Shown: positions 1 to 13,400 of the stretch, in pieces
How the letters are laid out: every line of letters starts with the position of its first letter
Numbering within the stretch: position 1 is the stretch's first letter
DNA from: Nymphaea colorata
Lineage: Eukaryota
Direction of reading: 5' to 3'
Length of the DNA: 64,000 bases
NCBI RefSeq assembly: GCF_008831285.2
Contig: NC_045138.2
Span: forward strand, 41,230,001-41,294,000
Position numbers and translations under genes: made by a program
Notes under the pieces: generated by a model
What the model was told of the DNA's origin: nothing
Database searches by the model: none
What the model saw: only the letters and a program-made list of their open reading frames with translations

Positions 1-527
1 TCGAACTTGACTCTTGTCAGCTCCAACCAATTCAACATTGACAACATGGTTGCATTTAATAGCCTCAAATCTAATATCCGAGGCTGCATTAAAAGGCGTG
101 TTTTGAGAGAACTTAACTTTGAACAAGTTGACGATCTCGTAGCATGGATTTCAAATTCATGCTACATGTTAAAACCAAGGATTTAAGATCAGATTAGGAG
201 AAAGGGGCATTAAATCCATAGATTTGAGATCCTACAAATCTCATATCACCATGAATCTGAGCTCTACTGATTTGAGATGTGCGGTGAATCAAACACAACT
301 TATATGTTGTAATGGTGAGACAAGTGTCTTTCTTTTACAGCAGAGCCAAATGGGGGTCAAAGGGCTATAAGCCTCCATTGAACCTTGGAAATGCTTGAAT
401 TTCTTGCACCACCCATGATCTTCTTCAACCCTGACTAGCATTTTTCTCAATAGAATTTTATTGGTTGCTCATCTTATGCAATAGTTTCAATTTTTTATCC
501 TTGAAAGCAATATTAAGAAATAAACCC

Positions 528-604
<77 letters not shown>

Positions 605-616
605 TATATATATATA
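528..616. repeat. (AT)n microsatellite, interrupted
   Basis: Directly visible. Confidence 0.95.
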
Positions 617-1649
617 GGAAATTTCAAATATATTGAAAGTAAAAAAAAATTACCATTAAAAGTATCATAAACCGTTGTTTAAAAGAACATAAACCATCAC
701 TGCATTTTAGTAACAAATTTTCAATTCTTTATCATAAAACAACATCCAACAACCAACAGATTAGAATATACATGTTACAATAGTAAGGTTTAAGGGTTTC
801 TTTCCGAGTGAAATTGAAAAATAGTGAGAAGCACAACTTGCTTAAAGCATAAATAAAGGTCCGTATGCTTCGCAAACATAGCTGAAACATATAATAATTG
901 ATAAAATTTTTAGAAAAGGGTGCTACACCAAGATATGTTCATATGTATCTACTTTCTTTAGAAAAGAGAATAACCACCGTAGGATTAGAAATTAAAGGAC
1001 GCTGTCAAAGATCTTGTTTCTGGAAAATCTCAACCAAGAAGATTTCCTGATCACTTTTGTTGTTTCCACAAGAAAAAAAAAAGAAAAGTATGGAAGTCAG
1101 GTGGTATGTGAAATATACAAATTCGTATGAACATAAATATAATAAATTAGATCAAAAAGTTAAAGAAGGGACTATTTGATCAAGTTGGTATACCACGTTC
1201 ACTTGAAAATGTGTATATTTTAAGAAAAAAACTCAAAACTTTTCGTTAATTATTTATAGTTTATTTCATTATTGTAAAAAAAATAAAAAAAAAAATTAAC
1301 GTCATTTTAATATGGAAATTTTTTAGAGAGAGAGAGAGAGGAGTGGGTCCCATTTCTGACTCTAACCCGCACTCCCATGCCATAGATGAGGGGTCTGTTG
1401 CAGAGCTGTCCTTTGGGCACCCGTTTGTTCCTTTGTCAGGTTTTATTGGCCCTCATCTTCTTGTCGCGGTTAAAAAATCGAGGAAAAAGTCTGACGAAAT
1501 TAATAAAAATAAGTTCTTCGGTGCATCGGTACCTTCGTTTTTATTTTGTATTTATTGATAAATAACTTTACATATTTTTGCTCTAACGGCATAATTTGGT
1601 GAAAATATTATGTTAGTTTGATTCTAGTAGGTCTTATTCTTAAGAGTAA

Positions 1650-1783
1650 CGTCAAGGTAGGATTAGCATGAGCTTTGACCCCATCTAAAAAAAAATAAAA
1701 TTTATATGTAAATTTTAAAAAATTTCATTTGTTATATATAAAAAATTAAAAAAATAATGTTTCGACCTTATGGCTCCACCCTT
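1650..1783. mobile_element. Truncated MITE related to 53842-54037
   Basis: Shares the internal 'aaatttata(t/c)gtaaattttaaaaaatttca' and has the right TIR GGCTCCACCCTTG. Confidence 0.55.
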
Positions 1784-3401
1784 GGTTATTGGTCTCAAAT
1801 CTTAGCAATAAATACATTTACACTTTAATTAACGGGTTTCCTTTTTTTTTTTTAACATAGGTCCCAAAAACAATGTTAAACCTGAGAGCCACCACATGAA
1901 AGAAGGATCAAACGTTTTATTTTAAAGATGGTTCTTGATTTTATAGAAACAGCTTAAATGGTAGCTGCGAAGCATCTAGAAGAAGACATATAAGTGAGTT
2001 AGCTCAATAATCTCACATGGCTATTCTTCAAACGACTTCAATTACTTCATTTTTTAGTTGTTAATGTCAATAAACTATACTTAAGAAAAGACTTTGTCGC
2101 TTGCCCAACATAATAAAACTCAAACTCATTTAACTTAACCTATCTTTAATAACTTTCAAATTCGAAATCCAAAGCTGATACGAGTATAATCCTCATGTTA
2201 CTAATTTGTGGTATCAAGCATGGAAAGAAGGTTAAGCTTTTCTTAACATAAAATTACAGTAACTATATCAATACGGGCTTGGTGAAAAGATGCAAATCAA
2301 TTCGTAGATTTCTTTATATTTAAGAAAATGGTTTTTTTTTTTTTCAACAAAGTAAATTAAAAAAGAAGAAGGAAAAGACATTGGCATTGATGGTGCCCCG
2401 GATTTGAAAGTGATCGATGGGCTCAACCCATGTACGGCACACGTCACCATTGAAATCGTACATTAATCAGACTTCATGTGTACAAAGATATTCATGCTGA
2501 CATCGCACGGATTTGCTATCAGGAGAGTGTCTCTCAACATATGTTCAAACTATATTTAAGTCAAAGATAAAAACTAGACCACTTGAGTTCTTGTTAGAAA
2601 ATAACTTAAACAAGATATGAACATGACAACATGTTTGTGAATGCTAATTTAGTTAAAAACATGGTTCAATTCAAGTTGCTATTATGAAAGCTATTAGTTT
2701 TTTATTATCAAACTCGATGCTATAAAAATCATTAATTTATTATTATTATTATTATAAAACACATTTAAAGTGAAAAAAAAAAGATTTATCGAATCACTCT
2801 AGAAACTGTCTATAAGGTTAAATTGCACGAAGAACGTTTTAATAGTTTAAGGTAAGGAGTCCAGTTCTTGGTTTTCGACATCAGTTGAGAGAGAAAGGGA
2901 GAGATGGGTCTCTTAGGATTGGCGTCACATGCCTTAGGCAGGCATATGGAGTATGACATGGAGTTGAACGGAGAGAAGAAATTTTTTGGGAAATGGAAAC
3001 TATAAGAAAGGACAAACTGGGTGTTTTCAAAGGAAAAGAGGCAGTTGTATGCTGTCCAGTACAGCCAAATGAACAAACTTTTGTAGAGATTCTTATTTAA
3101 ATAGAAAAAAGAACCACGACAACCCCACCCCACATTGCTCTCTCTCTCTCTCTCTCTCTCTAACATTTGGAAATAAATTAGTGGGAATACATTATAAAGT
3201 ACAGGAGGTAAATAAAGTGTATTTGGAAGGGGAAAGGAAAAATTGCAGGTTCTTCGTGAGGGGGGAATTGTATGCGATCCGTTTGAGCCAAAAAAAAGCT
3301 GACGGGTCTCTCTCTTTCTCTTTCTCCCTCTCTGTCTCTGTGCTCTTCCGTTTCCCCACCGCCATCACAACCACCTCTTGGCCGCTACCAGTCTGTTGTT
3401 T

Positions 3402-6400
3402 ATGAAGGATCAAGGGTGTTCTCCGACTGACCTCCACCAGGTTTATCTTCTCCTCCTTTGCGGGAATCATTTTCAGCTTGATCCTTTTGGGTCGTCATCT
3501 TTGTTGATTAATTTGCTACTCCTCGTGATTGCTAGATTTTCGGTTGTTAGGTTGTGGGACTTGTCTCGGTTTCCGTTAGCTTGATCACAGAGAAAGTGGG
3601 TTCTGGGTTTCTTCCTTTTCCTTTTTATGTTTGCTAAACGGTCCGTTCGATTTGTTTTTCACTTTAATTTGTTTTCCTGGTTTTGGGGAGTTTGGCTTTG
3701 ATCTTGCAGTTGTTGGGTGAATGGTTTTATCTTTACTGATTCTTGGTTTTGCTTATTTCTGGAAAGCTTTGTGAGTAGTTCTTTCTCTTGATCCTGGTGC
3801 ATGGTTTGTCGTTTCCGGGTGTTCTTCTTCTGCATGTTTTTCTTGTGATGTACAAACACAAGAATTTCATGTTTATCTGGAAACTCTTTGTGTCGTTACG
3901 CTTGTGAAGAGCCGTTAACGTTTGTGTCCTCGGTTAATGTGTTTGTGATTTTCATGGAATCGAATTTTCGTCGTCTCATTATTCGGACATGGTGCTAGTT
4001 GGCTCGCTTGATCTTTGCTCATTGGGACACAAGAAATTAATTCTAACAAAATTAGAGTTGGAGGAATTTTAGAATGGACCTTTGTATGCTTTGAGAAACC
4101 CCATAATAAATGAGATCGATTCTCCTTTATCGCCATCTTGTCTTTGTGTAAAGAAAATTATAAGGTACAGAGTGGAGCCTTATTATCAACCAGAAATATG
4201 GAAATTTTGATGGACATTCATGCTGCGAAGACTTATTAAACGGCAATATGGTTTGGATAATTTGATGAGAAACTAGCATATTCTAATGGTTTTCCATTGG
4301 CTTGTTCTTGTACGGATCATGACCTCCTCAATCATGTGAGTTATTCTCAAGTCTCAAGTTTTGTTCTGCTAAGTTCGTGACATTCAATATGTTAGCAGTG
4401 CATAAAAGTAGAAGAAAGAAGAAAGGCCATGCAATTCGAGTATACTCTAACTGACCTGCATGGACCGTGGTTATTTGTTGACAAAGATACATGCATTTAC
4501 CATTTAGTTGCTAAGATTGTGTGTCAGGTGAAGCACAGTAACTGCATGCAAGGTGAAGCATTCTCTTAGTTGCTAAGTTTGTGAAAGGTGAAGCACAGTA
4601 AGAGGCATGTATCTTAAAGGATAGGAACATGATAAAACGAATTCCATTAATTGTGATAATGAATTGGCTCATCCAGGACAGTTGCCAGCTACCACTGAAT
4701 GGCCCAGGGGACAAGGAACCACCCCGTACCAACATACAACACTGGCAGGGTAATAATAGAATCACTAGTGTAAACCACAGCTTGACTTATGGAAGCATAT
4801 AGCTGACAGACTTTTGACAACAAGGCCCAACGCTTATTTTAGTAAGATTTGGGATTATCTGGGCAAGGTCAACAAGCTAGTTTCAGGTTTAAAACTTGGT
4901 ATGATTCTATTAACAGTCTGACTAGGTTTGCACCATTTATTTTATTCCTAATCTGTGCCTAATTGTAGAATTATACTGCTTAATTTGCATTCCAAAGCAT
5001 TTTGTGTTACGATCCATGTGTGTGTGACAAAAAATGTTTGCCAGCTTGTGGAAAGGCATAATAGCTCCGCTTTGGGCTCCTGCCAATTTATTCTCATCTC
5101 CAACTGACTTGACAAAATAAATGACTGAAGTTTTGAGCATCACGCCCAAGCATTCGAATGAACCAAACTTGATCTGGCACATGACCTGGATTGAGTTTTA
5201 AAATATCTTTCTCATTAATGTCAAGATATTACCTTTTTGTCAGTGGGTTCAATGGTCGCCAGATTCATGCATAGGACCATGAAATTGATCTCAAGTCCTC
5301 AATGCTGTTGCTCCATGTGATTTGCTAATAATGATAATAATTTCAAAACATCACAGAAAGGTATAGGTTCACGGTATTATCATAATAATATCATGATATT
5401 TTCAACATTTCTTGAAGAAAGAAATGTCGGTATTATGTTTATTATTTCTTTTACACTTCAAAAAAATAGTTTGAACAGAAATCTGCCTCTGCAAACAAAA
5501 CATGTTAATCAGAAATAAGTACTGTGCAGACAAAACAAAAAGAGGCTAGAAGACAGGCAATGATATCTCCTAAAAAGAAAACAATATAACTTACCTAATG
5601 TAAGGATTGTTGCTGAACGACTAGTTTTTGACTAATTGACTAGTCATAAAACCGGGCCTTGCAGTTTTTTGCCTATGGATTAGTGGACTGATATACAACT
5701 TTGTTGACTAGCCAGTTGACTTCTATAGGTTGGCGATCAAGAGCCCTGCTTCTTTTCTTTTGAGGTCAGCTTTGGAGCTGTGGATCTTAGGTGACCTATG
5801 GTTTTAAACAAGTCAAAGTTATAAAATATTTCCTCAACGGCTTTGACTCACACAATGATTGCCAAATATGTGTTACTGAAATCCGAACCCCTCAGTGCTA
5901 TTCCAACTGTTGGCTATGAGCAAGTCTTTGACTTATACCTGTTTTTGTTGTATTTGTTTCTACACTCGTAGTATTGCATGTATGAAGCCTTTCTAGTTAA
6001 GCGGGTTTTGGTACTATTAAGTAAACCCTATCAAACAGATGAGCACATGGTTTGTCAGGCAGCAATTTCACAGCAAATCTTCTTGATATGTGTGACATGG
6101 TTTCCTTTAGTATTGCAAGAGTTGCTTTTTAGGTCTTAGAATGTCAACTTTCCCATTTCCCATTTGATAGTTCCTAGTTGTTTGCTTCTTTAGGTCAACC
6201 TGTGCTACTTTTCGCTGTGAATATATATAAATACTATTTTGTGTTGCTATTTTGATTTTGGTTTTTATTGATATCTTATGTGCTTTTTCTTTCCAGTTGC
6301 CTGGTCATGCACTGGCTTCTTCTCCCAATCCTTTGCATCATCAAACACCAGGCTATACAAGCCAGTATTACCCCCACTTTGCTGCCCAAGGTCATGCACA

Positions 6401-7357
6401 ATTTGATGGACATTCATTTGAAGTACCATCTCAGCATATAGGAAGGCAGAGTCAGGCAGTCTCTGCAAGAACTTATGCACAACCTAGTTCAGTTATGGAT
6501 GCCAATAAAGTTGCTGGAACAGAAATCAGACGGGTGTCTCGTCAAGACATACAATTGGTATGAATTGTTAAGTCTTATCATTTTTTTTTCAGTGATTCAT
6601 TGTTGAAAAATGTATTCTCCTGTGACATGGTTGTTTATTAGAATGTTCTACCCATTTATCTTTTTCATTCTTGTAAATCTGTATATATAATCTCTTTGGC
6701 TTGTTAATAACCAGTCCCAGGAATGATAGATCAAGTACGATGGGATGCAATTCAACAAAAAAGTTTATTTTCTTTTTGGTGTTTTTGCTTTCTTTAAGTG
6801 GGATTGTCAGTGTTTCTTTTTTGTAAAATATTATTTTTGCAATTTTTCTAAATGCTGTTATAGTGACAGCCTAAGCTTCATTTCTTTGGTAATTTTGTTG
6901 AATTCCCCAAATCGTGGATTATGTTTTACATTCTGCTTCAAAAGAAGAATATACCACAAAGCCAGTTATTTATGTTACTACAAAGAATTTGGAGGTTTCC
7001 TGAATAAATCACTTTGTTTTGAATTACCAAGCACTAGTGTATATGTGTATATGTGTACCTTAGTGCATGTTCTGGTAGTTTTCACTCAGGATATAAGACA
7101 ATGTGATATTCTTTTTTTTTTACATTACTCCAATTACCAAGAGTATTGTATTGAAGACAAGGTGAGCAAGAAAAATCGTAAAACATGCATTTTTCAGCAA
7201 TTAAGTTACATGCACGACGAGGACGGTACAAAAAGGTCTCATGAAGAAGTAATCAAGTTCAGAGCTACGTCACATGGGTGCGGGTGCTGGTCCGAGTGTA
7301 GATGTGGGTGTGGATGCAGCAATTTTTCAAAAAAATTTAGGTGTAGGTGCAGTGAGG

Positions 7358-7403
<46 letters not shown>

Positions 7404-7404
7404 A

Positions 7405-7443
<39 letters not shown>

Positions 7444-10400
7444 TTTAGTAGCCTTGTTTAGTAGTTATATAGTTATTTAACTGTTTGGTAGCCTTGTTTG
7501 TTTATATTTACATATAAACTTTTTGTATTAGAGCTCATTAATTAGGTGTGCATTTAAAAAGGTCAGTTTTGCCTCGATTCAACTGACCGCACCAGATGTG
7601 CTGTGTTAGAGAAGCACCAGCACCAGCATCGACATGGGTGCGACATGAGTATGGCAGCCGTTTAGGAGCACCCATGTGACATAGGTCCAAAGCCAACAGT
7701 GAGAAGAATGAAATATCTCCTTCAAAGTGGTTGTCATAGTCTAGAATTACAATATCTGTTGCAATTAGTATGACTTCCTTTCCCCGTTTCATTTGATACA
7801 GGTGCAAAATCTTATAGAAAGGTGTCTGCAACTCTACATGAACCGGAAGGAAGTCATAGACACTCTTTTGCTTCAGGCAAAAATAGAGCCTGGTTTCACA
7901 GATCTTGGTATTTACTAAAAACTTTGGCACTTTTAGAAGGCCTTTTCTTACTAATATTGGACTATGGAGAATTCTTTCATGATTACCTCTTAATATAATC
8001 TGTATCAAGATTCATGGTTTCAAGTGTATGCATGCTATTTCATATTTTGCCAGCAGAGCATGGTAATACAAGCGTTCTGTTTACTGCAATGCTTTACACT
8101 TCATTAACTCCTGTGAGCACTTAAGTTTGGTAGTTGAAAGTGGGTGGACTTTGACAGTGTAGGAGTTGTCTTATGAAAAATAGGTTAAAACCTGCAATTA
8201 TATAATTGACTGATATCACATAACTCTTTCCTTTTTAGACAAATTAATTGAAACACCTATTACCAGCAATGTGATTTTTGGTCCGTATTTCATTCTCTTA
8301 TTTGTAGCATCACCTTCAGAATCGTTTTCCGTTTCTTGGGGTGCTTTTCCTCTTTTATAGGTGTTATGTTATCATCGCAGTTTCTTAAAGGTGCTTTTTT
8401 TTTAATGAAATTAATGTTTTTATTTGTCATCTGTGGTTTGTGACATCTGGTATTCAGTTTTCATGAACTTATCTCATGTCTGTGTATAGGGTTTATAGTT
8501 GATTTGCGTTGGCCAAGTTGGTTGCTATCCTACCCAAATTCCTGCCACCTTTACTCTCTATTCTGGATATCCACACCTTGAATCAAGCAAAATGATCCCA
8601 AACTGACCTAGTTCCGATGGCTATTAAAATATGCATGTACTTGTTGTTTGAGTTTATGTGTGTGTGTGTGTATATATATCATTTGTGGAATTTATGTATT
8701 GTATTTTATGTTTGTGTTTTTTATTTTAGTTCATTTCTGGTCAAAATTAGCCTTTGACCAGCAATTAGCTAGTTCTCTAGCCATTAACTAGTGATTAAGC
8801 TCCATCAGCTGTCGCGGTCCCCTTTTGCTGTATCTTTACATATTTGAGGGGATTAGTCCCTTTGTATCTGATGTTTTTCTAAGCATTTTCTGAGTCTAAT
8901 AGAAAATTATTTTCTACTCTTGTGTGCCTTTTTGCACATTGAGAATTGAACTTTGCACCTTACATGTATCGCCATTTCGTATTGTGCTTCAAACAAGCCT
9001 TGTTTTGTGGCTTGTATTGAGTTATTGGCTGATAATTTACATGCTATCAAGGCTTGGCTCTATGAGGAGATATATCAAGCTGGTCAAGATTGTTTAGGAA
9101 GCTCAAGAAGCATTGCTGCTTTTTAAGCTTCCTTTTTACATGAAATGACTACTTGTGGCTTCTGTCCTTTCATCTCATCTATCACGGGAAAAGCCTCACT
9201 TCTTTCTCAAGTGTAAATAGTTCGACCTTCTTACTTTAGGTCAATTGTATTGATGCACACATGAAAGGCAAAGAGTTGTGGGACTATGCACACATGTTGA
9301 AGATTCATGAGGATGAAGAAAGAACGAAGGCACTTAAAAGGCTTCAACAAGAAATATTATGAAGAGGGATGAAAATTTTCAAGATTTACTCTTGGTTCTT
9401 ATATACCATCGAAACAGGGATCATTGCCAACATATATAAATTCAGAAAGGCTTCTCAAGCATGGGAAATATCTTTAGACTTTAGAGGATGCACACCTGCA
9501 GAGACATGTCTCATAAATTTTAACTGCAAAGAAAAGCTTTAGGCCTTCAATAGGGGATGATGGCTGGGAAACATAAACTCTGACAGGGATAACAGTTATA
9601 ATTTATAAAGAAGAACTCAATTGCCTAAGAGACCTAAGGTAAAAATAAATAAAGGATTTATTTCACATGAAATGGTTATATCTGTATATCTCTGACTCAT
9701 GTTTATGAGATGACAAATAGAATACGATGAAACCTATACCACGAATTGGTTCACATTGAAATAGTTATATTAGTTCATGTTGAGAATTGAGACAATACCT
9801 TGCAGAGTTATTATCCATATGGATAGATCCTCTCTTTTGTAGCCTAGTTGGAAAAGACATGCTATTGAGATGTAACAAAAATAATAATCAGATCTTTTCT
9901 TCAATTTTTTGATAGAGTGTAGGCCTGAATTAGAATGAACAAGGTGTACTCTCCTATCCTCCCTCTCTTCTCCACTTTCAGAAGATAATTCCTGCTAAGT
10001 TAAGCAGGGAAAAGACAAGATTTGGAATGAAAAAGAAAAATGATAATGTACTAGCTAGGCCTTCATTAAGAGAGATGCAAATTATGATAGCGATGGAGCT
10101 ATGAGATTTATATTAAATGGAATTATTTCAAATTTCAAACAACACTTTTCTATGTTGCTCAACACAGGTATAAAAATTTAAGTCTTTAAGACGAAAGAGG
10201 ACATCTTAATGTAGCTAAGCCTTCTTATTTACCTCCAACTAAAAACCTTTGTAGAAATGATTTCTCATGTAATGATTATATTCTTTGAAAAATGAGAAGT
10301 TTGTCTTATGTTTGAACTTCGAAGAGCTACTTTCACTTCTAAAGCTTCTGAATTGGTCCATTTGGATGTGTGGTTCTTGCCACCAAAAGCGAAGTTGCTT

Positions 10401-13400
10401 ATGACATTATATTTATGGAGATATGGTGGATATTTTTTCAAGCACAAACATGAGGTTTGCATCCTTGAGAACCTATTATATGCTAACAAAGATTTTTGGC
10501 CAGAGTAGCTGTTGCAGCCATCTATCTTGTTAATTGAATTTCTTAAAGGCCCTTAAATATCATATGCCCATTTGAAAAACTTTCGAATGAAAGCGTGACT
10601 ACAAAAAACTTGTGAGTGTTTCGGTGTAAATGTTTTGTTGTCCATGACAGAAGTGGCAAATTGTCACTAAAAGCTATTTGTGTACTTTCTTTAGCTACAC
10701 ATGCCTAAACCCCAAAAACACATTAGATGTTGTGATAAACAAATGATTAGACTGTATACTTCAAGAAATCGATCTTTTTTAGAAGGTGATGGAAGTGCAT
10801 GATAATAATTCAGATTGTTCTTTCTTATTGAATTCTTGTCTCAAAATGATGATAACTTTAGTGAATATGGGCATATTGGAGTGCTCAATAATAGGATGAC
10901 ATTTCATCTCAAATTATGGAACAACCTACTCAAGAGGGAACTTCAAATGAACCTGTCACCTATATACATAGAGGTAGAAGTACTTTTCAGAAATATACCC
11001 AAACTAATTAGCCAAACTGACCCTCATAGATAGACTAAACAATTTGGGTCTGGACCAAGGCATCCCTGTTTTAACATGACCCGCAGGAGTGTATTCACCA
11101 TAAACCGGGTTTGGTGAAACCCAATAACAAATGAAGTTGATTACGTTGATTTTTCCCTAATCTCAATCAAGTTAATGCAGTTTGGGTGATTATAAGATAA
11201 CCAGGGTAGCAGAATAATTCAGGTTTGGAATGTGGACCAAGAGGTCCCTGTCTTAACTTGACCAGCGTGAGTGTATTCACCTTACAAATAGGGTTGTTGG
11301 AACCCAATAGCAAACGAAGCTTGTTGGAACCCAATAGTAAACGAAGCTTGTTATGTTAATTTTGCCCTCGTTTTGGTGAGTTAAGGGTGTGTGAGTAATT
11401 ATCAGGTAAGCAGCGTAACGACGGCTACTATAGCGCCACTCACTCATATGTTGAACCAAGAAATTGTAAAGAAGCAAAGAAAATGTTTGAGTGGAGCGAG
11501 ACTATGAACTTGAGGCTCCTGTTAGAGCTAAAATATGGAAAAATATTAGATGTACCTCATATAAAGAAAATATTTGTAGGACGTGGATGGGTTTTTAAGA
11601 ATAGGACTAAATGTCATGGTTGAGCCCTGCTTGGTTTCCAAAGGTTATAGCTAAGAACATGAGATTGAGTATGATAATTTTTGCACCGGTTGTTAGAATG
11701 ACCACGTTGGGTGTCTTTTTGTTATTATATGTATAAAAAGATGAAACATATTTCAAAAAGATGTTAAGAATGCCTTTTTGAATGGAAACCTAAGTAAGTT
11801 TATATGGATGCTTCTTTGGAGATGTTGATGAAGAAAATATTCTTCTACTTGAAAGAGTTACCAAAGAATGTAAGATTTTACATTTTCCAAGAGATTGTAT
11901 AGCTTAGACAGTTTCTAGATTGTGTTGTGACATTAAGAGTGTGATCCATATTGCTTTCATCCACACATTTCACTGGTAATGGAGCACATAGAAATGCACT
12001 GACACTGCATCAGATAGGAGTGCTTGAAAATTATATGTCTCCTTTATGTTTCACCAGATTTCTTCACCAAGTCTATTTATTTACCTATATTTATTTTTCT
12101 TTTCTTGGAAAATTTTTTGGTAATTGCACCAGAAGAGGGTGATAAGAATTAAGTTATGTATGTGTGTGTGTCTATATGCATATGTATGTGTTTGTATGGT
12201 ATACATATATATGTATTTCAGTATCGTTGTAATTATTTATTTTTTATTCTTTGTATTTTTCTTTAGTTCAGTTCTGGTCAAAATTAGATTTTGACCAGGA
12301 GTGAGCTAGCCCTGGTAGCTCTGTTCCCTCCTTGCTGTATATATTGAGGAGATTACTCCCCATTGTATCTAATGTTTTTTTAAGCATTTTGTCAGTTTAA
12401 TACTGAATTGCTTTCTATAATTGTTTTGCCTTTGTGGACATTGAGAATTGGCCTTTTATGGGTTAACGTGGTATTATGATTCCATACTGCGGCTTATGTT
12501 GAGGGGAACATACAGTCCACGATCCTGTATTGGATTTCCTGGACGTGCAAATTGGTCTCTTCATCACCACAGAATAATCTATGTGCCACATGAAGACTTT
12601 GATAGTGATAATACTTGATGTTCTGCATGAAGCTGATAAGGAGATTAGAGCCACTTTTGTGTCTTGGAGAATCTCTGACTGATTACTGCAGGCTTGTGTT
12701 CTGTTATTTAGTACATGGCTTAAGCCACATAGTAGGTCTGGTGTTCACCTTTCATTCCCGTGTTCTTAATTTCAATCTAAATAAGATATTTATTTTTGAC
12801 ATCTACAGAGGGAGACTCTGTTATAAGAATGCTGGGCTATCCCTTGTGAGATTTGAATCTGAAGATATTTTGATTAGAATAATGCAACACAACCATCCAT
12901 CTACCTTGTCCTCATATAAGTTTTGCTATAAAGACCATCTTCTCTATCTCCATATTTTGTTGGGAAATGCGAGTGATTATTGCTGTCAGGAGTTTCCGTT
13001 ATCGGGTAGTTTATGGAGATATGTCATGTTTCTTTTCTGGTTAAAGAAGAATCTGTTTTATCTTTTACTAACTTGTTACTTGATAAAACATTAGCAATTT
13101 AGACATTGATTTTCATATTTGGCCCAGGAACCATCTGGGTGGAGTCTTGCCATGATTAATATGACCATAGTATGTATCTAATGCAGATATTTTCCAAATA
13201 ACAGTGCAGAACATTTACAAAGTCCTTGCTTTTTCCGTCATTTGGATGCTTTTTTTTTTTTTTCATTCCAGAATCTAAGAATCTTTAATTGTTTATTTCT
13301 CAGTCTGGCAAAAACTTGAGGAGGAGAACAGAGAATTTTTCAAAGCATACCATGTTCGACTTATGGTGAAAAACCAGATTGTGCTTTTCAACAAGCTGCT

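Noticed and set aside
6745..8008. ORFs of 238 aa (+) and 156 aa (-)
   Set aside because: They run through intron, MITE and microsatellite sequence or are antisense to the real exon 7802-7907, and contain no protein motifs.
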